A DNA stretch of 64,000 nucleotides from Sulfurimonas sp. Lineage in GTDB: Bacteria; Campylobacterota; Campylobacteria; Campylobacterales; Sulfurimonadaceae. Position 1 is the first letter of the stretch. Each line of letters starts with the position of its first letter. The stretch covers positions 9,353-73,352 of the forward strand of contig NZ_JBFFNS010000013.1 in assembly GCF_041563035.1 (NCBI RefSeq), in the 5' to 3' direction. Below the pieces are notes generated by a model. It was given only the letters and a program-made list of their open reading frames with translations. It was not told the DNA's origin and did not search any database. This document shows, piece by piece, positions 60,015 to 64,000 of this stretch. The translations under genes were made by a program, and so were the position numbers.

Positions 60015-60991
60015 AAGTAGCACAATTAGGTTATGGTTACTGGGGTACAAATATAGCTAAGGCACTTTTTAACACAAAAGATATTGAAGTGCATAGTATT
60101 TTTGATTTGGACAAAAAACGCCTCAAAGAGGCACAGAAACTTCATGAATTTACAGCATATCAAACTGTAGACGAGCTTTTAAAGAGTGATATTGAAGCTG
60201 TTTTTATATCCACTCCATTAGCTACACACTATCCACTAATTAAGCAGTCGCTATTAGCAGGTAAACATATATTTGTAGAAAAACCTTTTGCACAGAATAT
60301 TGAACAGACAAAAGAGCTTATAGATTTAGCAAAAGAGAAAAATAAAATTATTTTTTCAGATCATATCTTTTTATATTCAAATGCCGTCCAGTATATAAAA
60401 GAGCATATTCACACTATAGGAAAAGTCATACATATAAGTTCAAAACGCCAAAATCTAGGTCTATTTAGAGATTATGATGGTGCTATTGATGACTTGGCCG
60501 TACATGATCTTTATATATTAGAATATCTTTTAGATGGCATCTCTATTGATAATCTATATGTAAACACAACAAAATATAAAAACTTTTCTAACGATAACGA
60601 AGCAATGGCTACCATCTTATTTACTTGTGGTGAAACTACTATAAATATAGATGTTTCATGGTTCCACCCTAAAAAGATTAGAGAGATTACAATTATTGGT
60701 GAAGATAAAACCATTATCTATAATGATTTAGCTAAAGATCAGATAGAAGTTATTAGTAGTGGCAAGTTTGTACAGGAAAAAGACACTGATGACGCTCTTT
60801 ACAACCAAAATATAAGTTGCCCTGAAATATATATAGAACGTCCTGAAATCACAAGTTCGATGTCTCTTAATAATGCTATTGAACACTTTGTAATGTCAGT
60901 TAAAGAGAATAAAGAACCTCTCTCTGGAAAAGAGTCAATTTTAAAACTCGCATACAACCTTCAAATAATTAAAAAGGCTATTAATGATTAA
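60011..60991 (+). CDS. Gfo/Idh/MocA oxidoreductase
   Basis: [20 protein letters not shown] and DLAVHD motifs. Confidence 0.87.
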   Translation: MKVAQLGYGYWGTNIAKALFNTKDIEVHSIFDLDKKRLKEAQKLHEFTAYQTVDELLKSDIEAVFISTPLATHYPLIKQSLLAGKHIFVEKPFAQNIEQTKELIDLAKEKNKIIFSDHIFLYSNAVQYIKEHIHTIGKVIHISSKRQNLGLFRDYDGAIDDLAVHDLYILEYLLDGISIDNLYVNTTKYKNFSNDNEAMATILFTCGETTINIDVSWFHPKKIREITIIGEDKTIIYNDLAKDQIEVISSGKFVQEKDTDDALYNQNISCPEIYIERPEITSSMSLNNAIEHFVMSVKENKEPLSGKESILKLAYNLQIIKKAIND

Positions 60992-62069
60992 GTTTTTAGA
61001 TTTAAATAAACAATATCACTCTATAAAAAGTGATATAGATAGCGCCATAAGTAATGTTATCCAAAGTACTGCTTTTATTGGCGGTAAACATGTAGAAAAT
61101 TTTGAAAAGAACTTTTCTGAATTTCAAGAGATTAAACATACTATTGGAGTGGGCAGTGGCACAAATGCACTAGAACTTGCTATTTGGGCGCTTGGCTTAG
61201 AGAAGGGAAGTGAAATTATTGTTCCTGCCAATAGTTATATAGCAACAAGTGAAAGCGTAACACACAATGGATGCAAGGTTGTTTTTGCAGATGTAGGAGA
61301 TGATTACCTTATCAATGCAGAAACAATACAAGAAGTACTTACAGCCAATACTAAAGCTATTATCCCTGTTCACCTTTATGGTCAAGCTTGTGATATGGAT
61401 TCTATTTTGGAGTTATCATATAAACATAATCTTAAAATTATTGAAGATTGTGCACAAGCACACGGAGCAAAATATAATGGTAAAAAAGTAGGAAGCTTTG
61501 GAGATTTAGCTATTTTTAGTTTCTACCCAGGTAAAAATTTAGGTGCTTACGGTGACGGGGGTGCAGTTTGTACAAACTCTGATATATTGGCTCAAAACAT
61601 TAGACTTTATGCAAATCATGGAAGTAAAACAAAATATCATCATGAGATAGAAGGTGTAAACTCTCGTTTAGATGGACTTCAAGCAGCTGTATTAAATGTG
61701 AAATTACCTCATTTGTCATCGTGGTTAGAAAAACGAAATTCAGTAGCTAGCTATTATCTAGAAAATATCGACAATAATAAAATCATTCTTCCAAAAGTAC
61801 ACTCGAACATATATCACTCATGGCACCTTTTTGTTGTTCGGGTGGATAAACCTCAAGAACTAATGGAATATTTGAATAAAAATGAAATTCAAAGTGGAAT
61901 ACACTACCCTATAGCCTTACCAAAACTTGAAGCTTACAATTATATAACTCAAGATACTTCAGATTTTTTTGCATGCATAAGTGATGTTCACTTATTGTCA
62001 TTACCGATGGGTGAGCATTTAGAAAAGTTCGAGATTGAGAAAATTGTTAAAACTTTAAATGAGTTCTAA
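60984..62069 (+). CDS. DegT/DnrJ/EryC1/StrS sugar aminotransferase (WbpE/WlbC/FdtB-like)
   Basis: [38 protein letters not shown] (Lys present) and NSRLD motifs. Confidence 0.9.
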   Translation: MIKFLDLNKQYHSIKSDIDSAISNVIQSTAFIGGKHVENFEKNFSEFQEIKHTIGVGSGTNALELAIWALGLEKGSEIIVPANSYIATSESVTHNGCKVVFADVGDDYLINAETIQEVLTANTKAIIPVHLYGQACDMDSILELSYKHNLKIIEDCAQAHGAKYNGKKVGSFGDLAIFSFYPGKNLGAYGDGGAVCTNSDILAQNIRLYANHGSKTKYHHEIEGVNSRLDGLQAAVLNVKLPHLSSWLEKRNSVASYYLENIDNNKIILPKVHSNIYHSWHLFVVRVDKPQELMEYLNKNEIQSGIHYPIALPKLEAYNYITQDTSDFFACISDVHLLSLPMGEHLEKFEIEKIVKTLNEF

Positions 62070-62529
62070 CATGACTAAATATGAAGTTTCCATAAGAGAT
62101 ATTGTACATGGCAAAAACCTAACAGTTGTAGAGCCTGTAAATATGTATGAGTGTTTTTTAGAAGATAATTGTTTTGTTGGTCCATTTTGTGAAATACAAA
62201 AAGGGGTTAAAATAGGTAGTGAAACTAGAATTCAATCGCACACATTTATATGTGAACTTGTACAAATTGGTCATAAATGTTTTATTGGCCATGGGGTTAT
62301 GTTTATAAATGATTTATTTAAGAATGGAGCACCATCGACAAGTTCTAATGATTGGATAAGAACTAATATAGGAGATAATGTATCTATTGGTTCCAATGCT
62401 ACAATCCTACCTGTAAGAATATGCTCAAATGTCGTAATTGGTGCAGGAAGTGTAGTAACAAAAGATATTACAAAGCCTGGTATATATGCAGGCAACCCTG
62501 CTAAGTTTATACGAGAAATATTAGAATAA
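62059..62529 (+). CDS. Hexapeptide-repeat N-acetyltransferase (WbpD/WlbB-like)
   Basis: [26 protein letters not shown] and [15 protein letters not shown] motifs. Confidence 0.85.
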   Translation: MSSNMTKYEVSIRDIVHGKNLTVVEPVNMYECFLEDNCFVGPFCEIQKGVKIGSETRIQSHTFICELVQIGHKCFIGHGVMFINDLFKNGAPSTSSNDWIRTNIGDNVSIGSNATILPVRICSNVVIGAGSVVTKDITKPGIYAGNPAKFIREILE

Positions 62530-62540
62530 GAGAGATAATT

Positions 62541-63506
62541 ATGAAAGTAGCTTTAATAGGATATGGATATTGGGGTATTAACTTAGCTAAAGCTATTGAT
62601 AATACAGTTGGTTACGAGTTAATTAATATCTTCGATGAACATGCAGATAGAGTCAGTGAAGCTAAAAAATTATATGATTTTGAAATAAAAAATTCTCTTG
62701 ATGAAGTCTTATCCAGCAATATAGATGCAGTATTTATAGCAACTCCGCCAGCCACTCACTATGACATAGCCAAACAAGCATTAGAAGCGAACAAACATAT
62801 TTTTGTAGAAAAACCTTTTACATTAAATCTTGACGATGCGTATAAGCTTATAAACTTAGCAGAAAAAAAGAATCTAAAGTACATGGTAGATCATATATTT
62901 TTATATAGCGAACCAATAAAATATTTAAAACAAAATTTAGATAAATTTGGAGATATCGTATACATAAATGCAAGACGTATAAATTTAGGTCTTTTTCAAT
63001 ATTCTACTGATGTTATATGGGATTTAGCCGTTCATGACTTAGCTATTATAGATTACTTAGTCGGTTTAGATATAGAAAAAGTAAGTGTATTTAAAAGAAA
63101 GTATAAAGATTTTCCGAATGAAGCCATAGCTTCTATTAATATGGAACTAAAAAATGGTGTTGTGGTAAGCGTAGATGTTTCCTGGTTATCCCCCGTAAAA
63201 GTCAGAGAGATGATCATAGGCGGAACTAATATGAGTGCAGTATATGATGATACAAAAAGTTCACAAATAGAGATATATGATGCAGGAATAGTTCTAGAAA
63301 AAGATTTAACAAAAAATGAACTTTATCAACACATGGTACAATATAAATATGCTGATTCAAGTAGCCCAGAGCTTCCAGATAGACAATCCTTGAATAATGC
63401 AGTTGAACATTTTAAAGAGTATGTTGAAAATGATTGTGAACCTATTACCAGCAAGCAATCTATTATAAATGTTATAAAAGCACTAGAAATAATTTCAAAG
63501 GTATAA
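62541..63506 (+). CDS. Gfo/Idh/MocA oxidoreductase (paralog of 60011-60991)
   Basis: [31 protein letters not shown] and DVSW motifs. Confidence 0.87.
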   Translation: MKVALIGYGYWGINLAKAIDNTVGYELINIFDEHADRVSEAKKLYDFEIKNSLDEVLSSNIDAVFIATPPATHYDIAKQALEANKHIFVEKPFTLNLDDAYKLINLAEKKNLKYMVDHIFLYSEPIKYLKQNLDKFGDIVYINARRINLGLFQYSTDVIWDLAVHDLAIIDYLVGLDIEKVSVFKRKYKDFPNEAIASINMELKNGVVVSVDVSWLSPVKVREMIIGGTNMSAVYDDTKSSQIEIYDAGIVLEKDLTKNELYQHMVQYKYADSSSPELPDRQSLNNAVEHFKEYVENDCEPITSKQSIINVIKALEIISKV

Positions 63507-63512
63507 TAGTAA

Positions 63513-64000
63513 ATGATAGACATCAATACTTTAATTACAACAAACTTCAAAGAAAATACTTCTTATTTAGAATCTTATCATCCAAAACTATTTGATAAAA
63601 TTGTAGCTATTGAGAAGGCTATTGAGAACAATCACTATCAAGAAAAATATGAACTTGTATATGAAAATGGTAATTTTGATGTTTTGGAAAAAGCAACTGA
63701 AACCCTGCTTTATAATAAAGATAGTCAAAAACATGCTGACTTAGCAGTGAAAAGTATAAACTTTGAAAATGATAATAGCCTTTTTGAAACCTTTCATAAA
63801 AGGGTTGTGTCAGATGATGACGTAAAGCTTTATGAAGACAAAGAACCTTTTATGAATCATCTGAGTGGATTTGCACCTATAATCAACCATATACAAAAGA
63901 ATTATTCTATAAATGATGGTCTTGAGAGAATTGAAAAGTTTATCTTCTTTGGTTCAGGTCTTGGTCTTCATATAAATAAAATAGATAAAAAGCTTTCATC
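63513..64000 (+). CDS. Motility-associated factor (Maf) flagellin glycosyltransferase family, N-terminal fragment (runs off right edge)
   Basis: Open frame MIDINTLITTNFKENTSYLESYHPKLF...KFIFFGSGLGLHI resembles Maf N-terminal regions; not in the ORF track because it is truncated. Confidence 0.6.
   Translation, partial: MIDINTLITTNFKENTSYLESYHPKLFDKIVAIEKAIENNHYQEKYELVYENGNFDVLEKATETLLYNKDSQKHADLAVKSINFENDNSLFETFHKRVVSDDDVKLYEDKEPFMNHLSGFAPIINHIQKNYSINDGLERIEKFIFFGSGLGLHINKIDKKLS

Noticed and set aside
37797-64000. Phase-variable homopolymer tracts in the glycosylation genes
   Set aside because: No long poly-G/C tract seen; A/T runs of 7-9 are expected in such AT-rich DNA and all reading frames are intact.

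Overview
AT-rich chromosomal window from a Campylobacterota (epsilonproteobacterial) bacterium, most likely Sulfurimonas or a close relative (inferred from gene content, protein style and a tRNA-Arg(UCG)). From left to right: (1) moaE/moaD, mqnA and three c-di-GMP enzymes, one translationally coupled to a di-heme cytochrome c peroxidase and one carrying a c-type heme sensor. (2) A 44-aa secreted small ORF absent from the ORF track. (3) A six-tRNA operon (Pro-His-Arg-Arg-Leu-Leu). (4) Housekeeping genes: thiG, nnr, purN, kdsD, rluB, rarA, rpmI-rplT and the SRP RNA. (5) A STAS + NIT-MCP + REC-PP2C-kinase partner-switching operon with an Hpt gene nearby, resembling Pseudomonas HptB-HsbR-HsbA. (6) A seven-gene peptidoglycan-recycling operon: signal-peptide NagZ-amidase fusion, sodium:solute symporter, anmK, amgK, murU and an MltB-like transglycosylase. 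It converges on a HAD phosphatase / GluP-type sugar permease / hexose-6-P mutarotase operon. (7) fliD-fliS-fliT-like genes with two clear sigma28 promoters. (8) A >26 kb flagellin-glycosylation island running off the right edge: nonulosonate genes, a GT41-like transferase, GDP-heptose/ColD/Fcl genes, a split transketolase, two B12 radical SAM enzymes and a partial Maf. I found no CRISPR, rRNA, transposase, integrase or prophage. All product calls come from motif recognition by eye; no database searches were run.
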